From positions 310,001-374,000 of the forward strand of contig JBODTK010000111.1 in the NCBI GenBank assembly GCA_050613775.1: a stretch of DNA of 64,000 nt, given 5' to 3'. Source of the stretch: Neocallimastix sp. 'constans'. Lineage: Eukaryota. Made by a program: the position numbers and the translations under genes. Positions 19,285 to 32,900 of this stretch are shown here, in pieces. Below the pieces are notes generated by a model, which worked only from the letters and a program-made list of their open reading frames with translations, was not told where the DNA came from and did no database searches. The stretch's first letter is position 1. The number at the start of each line of letters is the position of its first letter.

Positions 19285-20286
19285 AGAAAAAAAAAGAAAA
19301 AGAGAGCCCCCTATCCGAAGGATCGTACCAAGAATAACGTTTTTTTTTTTTTAATATTATAATTTAAATATTTAAAATCAATTCATGTCATGTCTATATT
19401 CTCTTCCAACTAAAAAAAAATGAAAAGAAAAGAAAAGAAGAAGAAAAGAAAAGAAAAGAAAAAAAAAAAGTTATATTATCATCAGTTTTTACCAACAATC
19501 CTAACACCTATATATATATATATATATATTTAACACACCCACGTACATATACATACACATACGCACACCCACTCTCTCTTTCTATCTCATTCTTCAGAAA
19601 AAAAATGACTTAAAAAAATTAGCAGGATTTTTCCACCAATTGAACTAATTCACTACATTAGTAGTAAAAGATACTATAATTTCCACTATCACTAATATTA
19701 ATATTTCTTATTTTTCACTATCCACTAATTCTACTACTATTATTAACAATATTATTTCTATTATTGTTATTATTATTATTATTATACTCGTTATTACTGT
19801 TATCAGAATCTGTACTTCATTCTATATTATTCATATCTGTATTTACAGTGTTTCCATAACTATTCGACATTGGATAATATTTAGAAATAATATAAAATTT
19901 TTCATAAAGAATTACAATATCCTTTGCAATATTTCATTTAAAACTTCGAAATTCACGAGGAAAAAGATAGCATTTAGAAAATTTGATTATTCCAATCGAG
20001 GATTACTATTTTTTCTATAATAACAAGGATACCTTTCTGGACAGTCTTCTTCAACTCTATTGACGGCTTTTTGGTAAAAGGAGTATCGATTTTTTTTTTT
20101 TATATTCATCACACACACCTCTGGCACGAAAGCTCCCTCCATCAATTAGAAGCCAACGCTGCTGCTAATATTCTTCAGGATACTTTTTAAAAAAGTTGAG
20201 CTTTTTTTCTTTTTTTTTAGGTAGGTTGATCTCTCTATTTTTTTTTTATTTTTATTTTTATCTTTTTTTATTTTCATTTTCATTCT

Positions 20287-20559
20287 TATTTTTATTTTTA
20301 TTTTTATTTTTATTTTTATTTTTATTTTTATTTTTATTTTTATTTTTATTTTTATTTTTATTTTTATTTTTATTTTTATTTTTATTTTTATTTTTATTTT
20401 TATTTTTATTTTTATTTTTATTTTTATTTTTATTTTTATTTTTATTTTTATTTTTATTTTTATTTTTATTTTTATTTTTATTTTTATTTTTATTTTTATT
20501 TTTATTTTTATTTTTATTTTTATTTTTATTTTTATTTTTATTTTTATTTTTATTTTTAT
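20287..20559. repeat. (TTTTTA)n hexanucleotide microsatellite
   Basis: Near-perfect run; source of the IKIKIK and FLFLFL ORFs. Confidence 0.96.
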
Positions 20560-20767
20560 GACTTGCAATTTTTTTTTCTTTTTTTTTTTTAACTTTTTTC
20601 TTTTTTTTTTTTACTCTATTTTTCTTTTCTTTTTATTCCATATACATGATGTCTCTACAAATTTGATCGATCTCTATCCTAAGTTAAAAAAAAAAAATTG
20701 AAAAAAAAAAAAAAAAAAAGAGAAAGAGAGATCCAAGATTAATCCATTTTCGAAATTTTTCCACTTT

Positions 20768-20813
<46 letters not shown>

Positions 20814-21263
20814 ATCATTTGCCTGTACCTGAGTAAATTACAAAACACATTTTTCACCTGAAAAGAGGTGGAATTGTTTAAGTTTTTTTTTTTTTTAGGA
20901 AACGCAATAAAAAAAAAAAAAAAAAGGAAGATGTTTAAAGTTTATTTCCCATATAGAAAAATCTTTTCAATTTAATATATATATATATATAATAATAATA
21001 ATATAATATAATATAATCCCTGGAATTAAGTAGTGTTTCTTGTGTACTTCTCATTCTTTCCTTATCTGATCTAAGTATAGGTTTGCATAATATACGAAAT
21101 TTATCTCAAATTAACTATATACAGAAAAAAAAAGCATTTGTTTTGTATAAGGGATTAAGGAATTAAGAGGATTCTTTAAAAAAGAAAAATATAGAAATCC
21201 CTTTTTTTTTATAAAAGGATTAAGGAATTAAAAGGTTTCTTTAAAAAAGAAAAATATAGAAAT

Positions 21264-21295
<32 letters not shown>

Positions 21296-21300
21296 CTAAC

Positions 21301-21339
<39 letters not shown>

Positions 21340-21393
21340 TTTATATTCTCTATATGATTGAGGGTTTGGATTCTAAATGTTCTAAATCATTTG

Positions 21394-21424
<31 letters not shown>

Positions 21425-22347
21425 GGTTTAATACCTAAGTAAATAAGTAAGTAGGTAGGTATAGGTATAGATATAGGAATATATAGGTACATATAGCCAT
21501 TCATTCGTTCGTTTTTTGTTTTTTGTTTTTTGTTGTTTTTTTTTTTAAGGTAAAACTCTTAAAACTTGAAAGATAAAAAAAAAATAAAAATAAATAAAAA
21601 TAAAAAAAAAGATAAGAAAAAAAAATAAAGGTTAAGGAGGTAAAGGGGTTACCGTTATTAAGAAATCTTAAAAACTTTTTTCTTTTTACTTCTCTTCCTC
21701 CTTCTTCCTCCTTCTTCCTCCTCCTTCGTACTACTAAATTGGAACATTTTTTATCGATATCAAATTTTACATTTTTTTTTTCTTTCATTATTTCTAGCCC
21801 ATTTACATGTAAATTTTTTTTCTTTTTTAATAATTTCTTTTTAATTGAGATCTTGTGGTTGGAGGGTATAACACAAGGTCATCTACATAAACAAAGAGAC
21901 CTCCTCCTCCACAACAATAGCGTTTTATCACCAATAAGCGATGTCATCGTTTATTACATTTATATAAAAAAAAAAATAGTGTCATTAATGAACCAAGTTA
22001 AATAAAAATAAAAAAAAATAATTGATGAGAAGGGAACAAGATAACCTTGACGAAACACAAAACTTTTTCTTTAAAAATTCTAAAAAAAAAAGGATTCAGA
22101 TAATAGATAATAAATTAACCATCAATCCTTATACAATAAGTTTTTGAAGATAAGTCTATATATATATAAGTTTTTCAATAAAAAGTTAAGGTATATAACG
22201 CTTAAAAAAAGCCTTTAAAAAAATACCTAAAAAAAAAAAAAAAAAAAAAAAATGATGAATCCTCTTCTTCATGAATACAATTAATACATTAATAGAGTTG
22301 GAGGCACTGAGTCATTACGCCATACGCCCTTTTTTTTTTCTAAAGTC

Positions 22348-22382
<35 letters not shown>

Positions 22383-22894
22383 TTTTTTTGTCTCTGACAT
22401 AACATTCTTAATGAAGTGAAGTGTAAAGACTTATAATATATAGATATATAGATATATAGATATACATTCTTCTCGGGTTTTGAAACGAAATTCATATTGT
22501 TTAGGTCTTATAAATCCTTTATATCAATTCCCATATTTTTTTAAAAAAAAAAAAAAAAAGATTCTATTAGCGATGTTTTTTTTTTTTTCATAAAAACCCA
22601 ATTATTGATGAGAGAGAAGAGAGAGAAGAGAGAGAAGAGAAAGAGAAAGAGAAAGAGAAAGAGAAAAAGAAAGAGAAAGATGCCACCACGATCACGATAG
22701 TTAGTTAGTTATATATTACAATCTGAATTTGAATCTGATGGATGGATCACACCCTTCCCTTTTTTTTATTTTTATTTTTATTGAATATGACACTATTGAT
22801 ATGTTTTTTTTTTTTTTTTTAGAAAGACCTCTACCTCTCTATTGAACCTGAAAAAAAAATCCATTTCCATGTTTTCCTATTCCTACAATCCTTA

Positions 22895-22947
<53 letters not shown>

Positions 22948-23001
22948 TCCATCCCACATATTATTTTTTTTTTATATTATTTTTTTTTTAAAGAGCTAAC
23001 G

Positions 23002-23048
<47 letters not shown>

Positions 23049-23369
23049 ATGAGATCAAAGATTAATCCATTTTTTTTAAAAAAAAAAAAAGGATCCATCC
23101 CACAAATTTTTTTTTTATATATATAGATATAATTCAATATAAAAATATTATTTTTTTTTTCTCGCTAATTTCATTAACATTTTTTTTTATAATTAATGAA
23201 TGGATTTCGCCGAAGTCTATCATCACCATACGAGAGTCAACATCAACCATATTTTTTTTCTAGTCAATTCAATTTATTGGAAACACATGAAGATTTTATA
23301 ACACTTAAAAACCCTTTAATTTGTATATATATTTATTTATCTTTTTTTTTATCTTTTTTTTTTTTTTTA

Positions 23370-23530
23370 AGGAACATTCTAAACATAAGTTTTCTTTTTT
23401 TTTTTTAAAGGACATTCTAAACATAAGTTTTTTTCTTTTTCTTTTTTTTTTTTGATTTTCTAATTTTCTCTGATTTTCTGTTTAAGTTTAAGGAGATTGT
23501 CATTAGATAAATCTGTAAGGAAAAAAAAAG

Positions 23531-23567
<37 letters not shown>

Positions 23568-23822
23568 CTAACCTTTTTTTTTTTATCTTTTTTTTTACCT
23601 TTTTTTTTTTTTAATGGACATTCTAAATATAAGTTTTTTTTTTCTTAAGAGACATTCTAAACAATAGTTTTTTTTTTTTTAAAGGACATTCTAAACATAA
23701 GTTTTCTTTTTTTAAAGGACATTCTAAACATAAATTTTTTTCTTTTTCTTTTTTTTTTTTTTGATTTTCTGATTTTCTCTGATTTTCTGTTTAAGTTTAA
23801 GGAGATTGTCATTAGATAAATT
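23370..23822. repeat. Nested local tandem duplications
   Basis: G(G/A)ACATTCTAAA(C/T)A occurs six times (about 23371, 23410, 23616, 23650, 23684, 23717). CTCTGATTTTCTGTTTAAGTT(T)AAGGAGATTGTCATTAGATAAA occurs twice (about 23468, 23777). Confidence 0.85.
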
Positions 23823-25393
23823 CTTATGAAAAAAAAAGAAATTAGTAGTTGTAGTTGTTAATGAACTCTTTTTTTTTTTCTTTTTTTTTTTTTCAATTAC
23901 ACATCATCCATTGTTAAGTTCCTCTTTCATTTTCCTAATTTCTTCATTAAGAATATATACAAATTTTATTAAGATCAATAAATTTCCGTCTTAAGTTCAA
24001 AAGACATTTATACTACCGATCCTGTCTAACAAGTTTTTTTTTTTTTTTTTTGGTAACAAAAATGATTCATCGGTGGTAGTAGTAGTTTTTCTTTCCAAAT
24101 AATAAAACTACAACAGGAAGAGCTTTTAATGATCAGATACAGAAGGGACAGAAGGGATAATCAATAAGAAAAATTAAAAAAAAAGTAAATAAAAAGAAAA
24201 AATAGAAAAAATAAATAAAAAAAATAATTACAGTTTATATATATTATATATTATATATATATATATATATTTTTTAAATCCAACATACTTATTTGAGTTT
24301 TGACTAACGTATATAGGATCAATCAATATCTGATTAAATTAACCTACCTCCTCTCTAGTCTATGAAATACCCATGAAATACCCATGGTTTTTAATGTTAC
24401 TATTCATTTCATTTATCCAAGTTAAAAAAAAAAAAAAAAAAAAAAATCAGCAATGTTCATGCTCATGTTCATATTCATGTTCATACTTATATGTTAAAGT
24501 CCTCCTCCAAAAAAAAAAAAAATCAGTGATGCTCATGCTCATACTTATTATGTTAAAGTCCTCCTCCAAAAAAAAAAAAAAAAAAAAAAGAATTAAAAGA
24601 AATTAAAAGAAATTAGATTGGATTGATTTTTTTTTGTGTGTGTGTGTGAATGAATAGTATGAATTCTTCTGAAAACCATGTAATGAAAAAAAAAAACTTC
24701 AGCGAATGTCAATATATATTGGACTTGTCATGAGAGTATTTCTTAAAAAAGGGGAGAGGGGGAGGGGAGTGGGAATATAAACATTACCTACCTATACAGA
24801 AAGAACATTTTTTTGGAGTGATTTGACATTAAGACTAGTCAAGAATACGATGTTTAAAAAAAAAATAAAAAAAATAAGAAGAGTGAGTAATAATAAGGAA
24901 TATTATCTTCTCAAAAGTATACACTGTTTTGAACTGCTTTGACATTGAGACAGGATACCTAAGAGATAATAAGATAATACAGCTCTTTCTCTTGTAAACC
25001 CTTGGTGTTATTTGAATTAGAAGATTAGAACAAGCGATTTTTCTTTTTTTTCTTTTTTTTTTTTCTGGAAATATTTGTGTCGTTGAGAAGTTGTGGTGTG
25101 GTGTTGATTTTACATGGATTTCTAGCCTCATCATTGGGTACCATTAGTACCATTTTTTTTTATTTGTTTCCTGAAAACATATAGAAATGATGATCAAAAA
25201 AAAAAATAAAATAAAATAAAATAAAATGGTGTTGAAGTAACTCCATACTATCTCTATATATATATTTAAACGTAACCTTAAATACAAATATATATATTTA
25301 TATATATTTTAATATTGAATTAAAAAAAAAAAAAATTCACCTCCTCCCCCTCCTTCCTTCCTTCATTGGTCATTCCAACTTAAAGAACATAAC

Positions 25394-25436
<43 letters not shown>

Positions 25437-25930
25437 TTCATGTTCCTGTTCCTGTGTTAAAAATATGAAATTTGATCTTTGAATTTTTTTTTTTTTTTTT
25501 TTTATTTTTTATTTTTTTTTTTTTTTTTGAGAATTAAATTAAGATGATTTTAGGAAAGATTGGGAAGGGAGCAATGAGTTCCAATGATAGCCATTTTATA
25601 ATACTAACTAAATTAGTTGAACTGAGATTTTCTGAGTTTTGTATTGTATTATTCTTAGATGTAATTATTAGATATTCAATTTTTTTTTTTTTTTAAATTG
25701 TTGGAAACAAACCCTTATTGATTCCAATTTAGGAATATCTACGATATGAATTTTTTTTTTTTTTTTTTTTTTTTTTTGCATGGTTAAAAATTTGGAATTG
25801 TGAATTATATTTTTTTTTTGAATCTAGAATGAATAAATAAAAAAAAAAATTCCTTTTTTTTTTTTTTTCAATTTTTTAGGCATGGGTCCCAAAAGAGGGT
25901 ATACCATCGTGGGATACCACGGATAATATA

Positions 25931-25964
<34 letters not shown>

Positions 25965-26306
25965 CAACCCTTGTGGTATGGTGTCAGTCAGTCAAAAAAA
26001 TGTTTTCATCAACAGCGAGAAACCCTTGAGGTTAAAATATTCTTTTCCATAATGAAACTATAAATAGTATTAAGTAAGTATAAATTGATAAAAAAAAAAA
26101 ATAAAAATAAAAAAAAAATGAAACTAATATAAAGCTAAAAACACTAAAAAAAAAAAAAAACTAAGAAAATATAACTATAAAATAATAAATATAATATATA
26201 AAATATGTAAAAAAAAAAAAAAAAAAAAAAAAAAATAAGTATATAAAAAATTAAAATAATATGAAGTTTTTTTTTTTTTTCAGTAAGTGATAATTATTTA
26301 AGTAAA

Positions 26307-26347
<41 letters not shown>

Positions 26348-26699
26348 AGTTGTATATTTTGTTATACTGAATAATCTCTCTCTCTCTTTTTTTTTTTTTT
26401 TTTTTTTTTTTCTAATATCTTTAGAGTTTTTGAAATTCTATATTCGATTAGTAAAGCTTAGAAAATAAAAATTATCTTATCAATCAAACATACTCATAAA
26501 TATATAAACTGAAATGAAAATGTAAATAATGTATGTAGTGAAAGACTATAAAAAAAAAAAAAATTCCCATTCGTTAAGTAAAGTCTCAAAATACAATCTT
26601 TTGGCGTGAATTCTAATCTTCTACCTTTCCATTTTACAATAGCTACATGAGAGTTTAAAAAAATAACCTTATAGAAAAATATATATACAAAATAGTGTT

Positions 26700-26736
<37 letters not shown>

Positions 26737-27981
26737 TAGATTCATTACAAATGAAAATAGTCCATGAAATTAATTAATTATACCAACTCCAAAATGTTAA
26801 CTAATATATCCAGTTTTTAAAAACAAATAGATAAGACATCAGGTTTCACTTTTTTTACATCTACAAAGTCTTCCAGTATTCCAATTTTTTTTTTTCTCTC
26901 TTCGTACTAAAAAGTCACTTTTTTTAAGAAAGTGATCACCATCGATGATCATCAGAATGAACAGAAAACTGTAAGTTTAGTACACCTGATATAAGGTTAT
27001 TCCTTTTCCATCAACCCTCCAACAGAATAAAAGTAGGAATGAATAACCTCATAACTAAATATATATATAAAGAAATGACATTGTAATATTACTTATTATA
27101 AAAATCCCTTAAACTCATAAAAACGAACTACTAACTAATAAAAATATTCATAACCATATACGACCATCTTTCCCTTCAAAGAACGAGTTCTTAACCTTGA
27201 AGTAAATTGTATCAAAACAACAACCCATTAAGCAAATAATAATAATAATAATAATAAATAATAATAATAACAATAACAAATCAATACACACCAAAGATGT
27301 ATAAATTAGTTTAATATATTTTATACGATTAAAAATAAATCTTTTTTTTTTTTAAATATTTTTATATTTTTTTTTTTTTCTATAAAAAAAAATTTTTTTT
27401 TAAATAATATAAATATTATTATTATTTTTTAATATTTTTTTTTTTTTTTTTAAATATATATAATATTATATTAATGAAGATAATATTTGATATATTTGAT
27501 TTAATTAAATAGGAATTAATGGATAATTAATTTTTTTTTTTTTTTTTTTTTTTCTAAAAAAAAAAAAACATATAAAGTTATTATTATCATGATCTTTAAA
27601 TTATATTAATTCTAACCCATATTTATGTATTTTTCTTATATACAATTTAGAAAAAAAAAATTTAAAATTTAAAACGGTAATAAAAATTAATGGAAACCCA
27701 TTATTTTTTGTTTGTTTGTTTGTTTCATTCTGCCTTTCACTACTTTACAAAATAGTGTGCGCTTAGGCTTTCATTACTTCATATATTTTTTAACGTATAA
27801 TAAAAAAATTTTTTTAAAATAAAAAAAAAGTTCGTTTTATTTTCTTTTCCCTTTTCAACTCTTTTTTTTTTTTTTTTTTTTTTATTTATAAAAAAAATTA
27901 AAAACAAAAAAAAAATTGTTAAATTGAGTAATGAAAAAGGAAAAAGAGAGTAGAGAAGAGTGGGATGGGGGGAAAAAAAAC

Positions 27982-30183
27982 TTAGTATGATGAAGGTTTT
28001 ACAGCTTCAGCACTAGCCGTTATTTTGTCTAAAACATTGGATGGAACTTCAGATGGTATAGAAGCATTTTCAAGATCAATTTCACCTTCACCAAAGTATC
28101 TTTGATATCTTGACATAGCAATTAATGGCCAAGTATGTGGATAGGTTAAATACATCATCATAAGGAAACCACGATGACCAGTACCAACAACTGATTTATC
28201 TTCCCATTTACCTTCACGATCCATTTCATTAATAAGGAATTGAACTGCTCTTTCAACACTATTACCAACATCCATTACATCAGCACGTTTAATTTCTAAT
28301 AAACCAAGTAAAGCCCATGCAGTTTGAGATGGCGTAGAGATACCAACACCACACCATTTATCAGATTTATAAGAGAGAGGACTTTCACCAAAACCTCCAT
28401 CCAAGTTTTGATGTTGTAAAACCCAACTGACTGCCTTTCTAATCCATGGTTGATTCAAATCATAGCCGACCTTCTTTAAACCTGGAATGACGGCACCAAA
28501 AGCATAGATATAATTATTACCCCATCTGGCTTCCCAACCTCCATTTGGTTTTTGAGTATTAATAAGGTATTCAATACCCTTCTTCACAACAGGGTGAGTG
28601 TAGTTATAACCGGATTCACCAAAACCTTCCAAGACATGACCGGTGACATCAGAACAACTTGGATCCCAAATTTCAGCAGCATCAGCAAAAGCAGCGGTAA
28701 CAAATTCAATTGGCTTAAAACCTTGTCTTTCACGATCAAAGGCAGCAAAACCACCATCATTATTTTGAATTTCAAATAGCAACTGATTGGCATGATCAAT
28801 TCTCTTTTCAAAGTCCTTATTACCCTTGAAGGCACTCCAATAGATGACCGTTTCAGCCGTATCATCAAAATCTGAGGCGTATTCAAAGTCAACACCGTAA
28901 GGAATACCACCATTGACACGTTGCTTTCTAGCTAAATAGTTAGCAGCTTTAACTAATTCTGGACCTTCATAACCAGCTTCAACTAAAGAAATACCAGATA
29001 AAATAGTTTCCCAACTACGACCATTACATAAGTTACCCATGTATTCCGCTTCATTATCAAAGTACATCATTTCGACAAAGGAGTAACCCTTCTTAATTCT
29101 TTCCTTTACCTCTGGAATGTATTGACTTTCTGGGTAACGGTGAAGGAAATCATCATAAGCAATGACACCGAAAAGAGTAGAGACAGTGTAACCACCAAAA
29201 CTACCATTGGGTTGTTGATTTTTAAACATACGTTTAAGTACCTTTACGACAGCCTCTTCAGCTTCACCCTTTTGAACATCATACTTTAATGGAGCAGCTG
29301 GTCTTTCAGCATAGATTGGATCATCAAAGGATTTATCAGCATTTTCTGGGTAAAGTTCTAAAAGATCAAAACGACTACCGAGATCCCTTTGCACTTGGAA
29401 ATAGGTAGAGTAGGTAATTGGGAGGACGTGTGGGTAAACCCATTGAGCAACACGACCTTCAAAGTTTAAGAGACGACTGAAAAGGTTATCACCGAAAATA
29501 AAGAGTGGAATATAAATGTTTTCACTCCATTTAATATTACCAAAGAAGGTTTGCCAATATCTAGTAAGACAATTAGCACGTCTAAGACCACCCTTGGAAA
29601 GAATGAAACGACGAGCATTAGCCATCATTGGACTATCTAATGGTTCCCCCATGACCTTAAGAGCCCAGTAATTGTAAATAGTGGTATCGATATCACCAAA
29701 GTTAACACTACCATCAACAACATTTGCCCATGAACCATCTGGATATTGAGTAGTGGATAAAATTTTATATAAAATCTTTTCATCTAACTTTGTATGAGGA
29801 TCAAATTCAGTACCTTTATGGTTAAGAAATTTTTGAACTACATAGTATGCAGCAACAAAATTGGTACCAAGATAGGATTGGAATTCAAAATATTCATTGT
29901 TTTTAAAGCCTTTTAAGACATTATTGACAGCTCTCTTTATAGTTCTAGAAACGTCTTCTTGATTGAAAGTTGCTTGGTCAATAACTGGAGCTTGACGTAC
30001 TAAAAATTCCTTAGAAGAAGGAGGATTTGGAATTTCTTTTGGGAAAGGTTTTTTAGTAATAATATTAATAGCAGCTCCAATATTATACCTTTCAATATCA
30101 ATTTGAGCTAAAATAAAACCAAGAATTAAAACAAGTATTGGTATAGCTGTAACGGTTAAAGCACCTATTTTTTTGTATAACAT
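27982..30183 (-). CDS. STC: Squalene-tetrahymanol / squalene-hopene cyclase (oxygen-independent triterpene cyclase), 733 aa, intronless
   Basis: Catalytic DXDD motif (ASDFDDTA, not the DCTAE of oxidosqualene cyclases), QW repeats (QYPDGSW, QQPNGSF, QNNDGGF, QKPNGGW, QNLDGGF), GGFAAFD, DVTGHVLE, RWGNNYIY, STPSQTAWALLGL, GTGH..MYLTY. Whether the product is tetrahymanol or hopene is inferred from the apparent host lineage. Confidence 0.93.
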   Translation of the reverse strand: MLYKKIGALTVTAIPILVLILGFILAQIDIERYNIGAAINIITKKPFPKEIPNPPSSKEFLVRQAPVIDQATFNQEDVSRTIKRAVNNVLKGFKNNEYFEFQSYLGTNFVAAYYVVQKFLNHKGTEFDPHTKLDEKILYKILSTTQYPDGSWANVVDGSVNFGDIDTTIYNYWALKVMGEPLDSPMMANARRFILSKGGLRRANCLTRYWQTFFGNIKWSENIYIPLFIFGDNLFSRLLNFEGRVAQWVYPHVLPITYSTYFQVQRDLGSRFDLLELYPENADKSFDDPIYAERPAAPLKYDVQKGEAEEAVVKVLKRMFKNQQPNGSFGGYTVSTLFGVIAYDDFLHRYPESQYIPEVKERIKKGYSFVEMMYFDNEAEYMGNLCNGRSWETILSGISLVEAGYEGPELVKAANYLARKQRVNGGIPYGVDFEYASDFDDTAETVIYWSAFKGNKDFEKRIDHANQLLFEIQNNDGGFAAFDRERQGFKPIEFVTAAFADAAEIWDPSCSDVTGHVLEGFGESGYNYTHPVVKKGIEYLINTQKPNGGWEARWGNNYIYAFGAVIPGLKKVGYDLNQPWIRKAVSWVLQHQNLDGGFGESPLSYKSDKWCGVGISTPSQTAWALLGLLEIKRADVMDVGNSVERAVQFLINEMDREGKWEDKSVVGTGHRGFLMMMYLTYPHTWPLIAMSRYQRYFGEGEIDLENASIPSEVPSNVLDKITASAEAVKPSSY

Positions 30184-32189
30184 TTTTGAATATATTCCTT
30201 TCTTTTTACTTTTTTTTTTTTTTTTTGGTATTATAATATTTTTTATTTATTTTTTATTTTCTTCTTTTCTTTGTTTAATTAATTTAATTTATTGTTTCAA
30301 TTTTATTAACTTTTAAATATCTAGAATAAAAAAAAATAAAATAAAATTAAAAAAAAAATGGAATTAAATTTAACTTTTAGAATTAAATAAGATTCATATA
30401 ATATCCCTCTTTTTGCTTGATTTGTATATAAACAGAATTAAAATTAAGTATTTTTTTTTTGTTGACTTTTAAATTTAAATATATAAAATAAGGCTTGTTG
30501 ATTCTATATAATAATAAATTTAAAATTAAAAAAAAAAATAAACCGTTTCTTTTTTTTTTTTTCTGTTTGTTGAATTTATATTATTATAAATTAAATTTTG
30601 TAAAACAAATATATATATAAATAAATCGAACTGTTTAATAAAACTGAATCTGAATCCAATAAGTTTATAATATTTTAAATCAACTTTTTTTTCTTTTTAA
30701 TTTATTTAAAAATATTATATATTGTTATATTAAATTGTCCAATCTAATAACATCTACAAATTATTTTTCATAAATAAAATTTATTTATATAGTTTTTAAA
30801 TAAATATTTATATTTTTTTTTGATTTTTCTATAAAGTATAAAGTTTTTCTTTTTCTTTTGTTTTTTTTTTCTATAATATTGATTAATTTAAATAATAGTA
30901 TTAAAAAAAAAAAAAAGATTAATAATTTTTATTTTATAAAATAAAGAAAAAACAAAATTTAAATATACATATATATAAATTTATTATATATAGTATCTTT
31001 TCTATTTAAATAATATATATATTTTTGTTAAATATATATATTTTTTTTTATTTCTATTTCGTAAATTTATTTTAACAAAAAAAAATAGATTTTAAATATC
31101 AAACAAAAAAAAAATTAAAAAAAAAATTAAAAAAGTTCTTTTTACTTTGTTTATATAATAAAATATTTCCTATTATAAAAAAATTTTATATATTATAAAA
31201 AAAATAAATTTTATTTTTAATTATTCTTATTTTTTTTTTTCTTAATAATGAATATTATTTAATTATAATATAATTTAATTTTAATCCTATTTAATAATTA
31301 TTTATTATTTATTATTTATTATTCATTATTTATTATTTATTTTATGGATTGATTAATCAACTTTATTTTCAAATTTTTTATATGATATATAATATAATCA
31401 TACGATATATAATCTAAAATCAATTCTACATAATCTTACATAATTTATAATTTTATATATATAATTTGTTATTTATAATTTATGTATAATTTATTTATTT
31501 TTTATAATTTATATACTATTCATAATTTATTATCTATCATTTTTTATATAATTCTTAATATTATTCTTAATATATTATCTCTAATTTAAATTTTTAAGTC
31601 TTTTTTTTTTTTTTTTTTTTAAATTAAAATAGTTTTTAATCTTATTGATGATACATACAATCTATTAGTATTGATAATATATGGCATTTCTATTGAAAAC
31701 TTTTTTTTTATGACTATTTTAATTATTTTATATATTTATATAATTTTATATATTATATATTCATTATTTATATATTTATATAATTTTATATAGGTGATAT
31801 TTATTATTTATATATTTATAAATATCTATATTTTATATTAATTTATATTTTTATTTTAATTTTTATATAATTTTTATGTAATTTTTTATATAATTTTATT
31901 ATATTTTTATATATTTATATTTAAGTATAATTAATGGAAAAATATTTAAAAAAAAAAATTTTTTTTATATTATTTCATTTAATAAATATATTATATAATA
32001 ATATAAAACAAATTTATTTTTATATAAGTAATATAATATATTGTAATCGACTAACCTCAATTGATTCTTTTTTAATCCTATTTATTCTAAATTACCCTTA
32101 AATATATAAAAATTTAAATTTGGTATAAAAACTATTTCATATATATAATATATTTCTATTAATATAGAATATTAAATTGATTTATTCCA

Positions 32190-32900
32190 ATTTATAATAT
32201 ACTATTATTTATTATTTATTATTTATTAATTTATTCATTCATTATACATTATATATTCAATTATTTATTATTTATTATTTATTAATTTATTCATTTATTA
32301 TACATTATATATTCAATTATTTATTATTTATTATTTATTAATTTATTCATTCATTATATTTTATTATTTATTATTTATTATTTATTATTTATTATTTATT
32401 AATTTATTCATTCATTATATATTATCCATTATTTATATATTTATTATTAATTTATTATTTATTTATTATTTATATATTTATTCATTCATTATACATTATA
32501 TATTCAATTATTTATTATTTATTATTTATTAATTTATTCATTCATTATATTTTATTATTTATTATTTATTATTTATTATTTATTATTTATTAATTTATTC
32601 ATTCATTATATATTATCCATTATTTATATATTTATTATTAATTTATTATTTATTTATTATTTATATATTTATTCATTCATTATATATTATTTATTATTAT
32701 TTATTATTATTTATTTATTATTTATTATTCATTATTTATTATTTATATATTTATTATTTATTTATTATTTATTTATTTATATACTTATTATTAATTTATT
32801 ATTTATTATTTATTATTCAATTATTTTATTATTAATTTATTCATTTATTATATATCATCCATTATTTATTATTTATTATTTATTATTTATTATTTATTTA
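32190..32900. repeat. Degenerate AT-rich minisatellite
   Basis: Recurrent TTATTCATTCATTATA(C/T)ATT units, including a near-exact duplication of about 190 bp. Confidence 0.75.

Noticed and set aside
23370..23730. Six repeats of GACATTCTAAAC resembling a CRISPR array
   Set aside because: Intervening sequences are poly-T rather than unique spacers, spacing is irregular, there are no cas genes and the context is eukaryotic.
24835..25150. 99-aa ORF and faint Tc1-like words (NIIFS, GF..SSLG) on the plus strand
   Set aside because: Catalytic residues are not recoverable; too degenerate to call.
28552..28919. Two short ORFs overlapping the cyclase
   Set aside because: Alternative-frame or antisense shadows of a real CDS.
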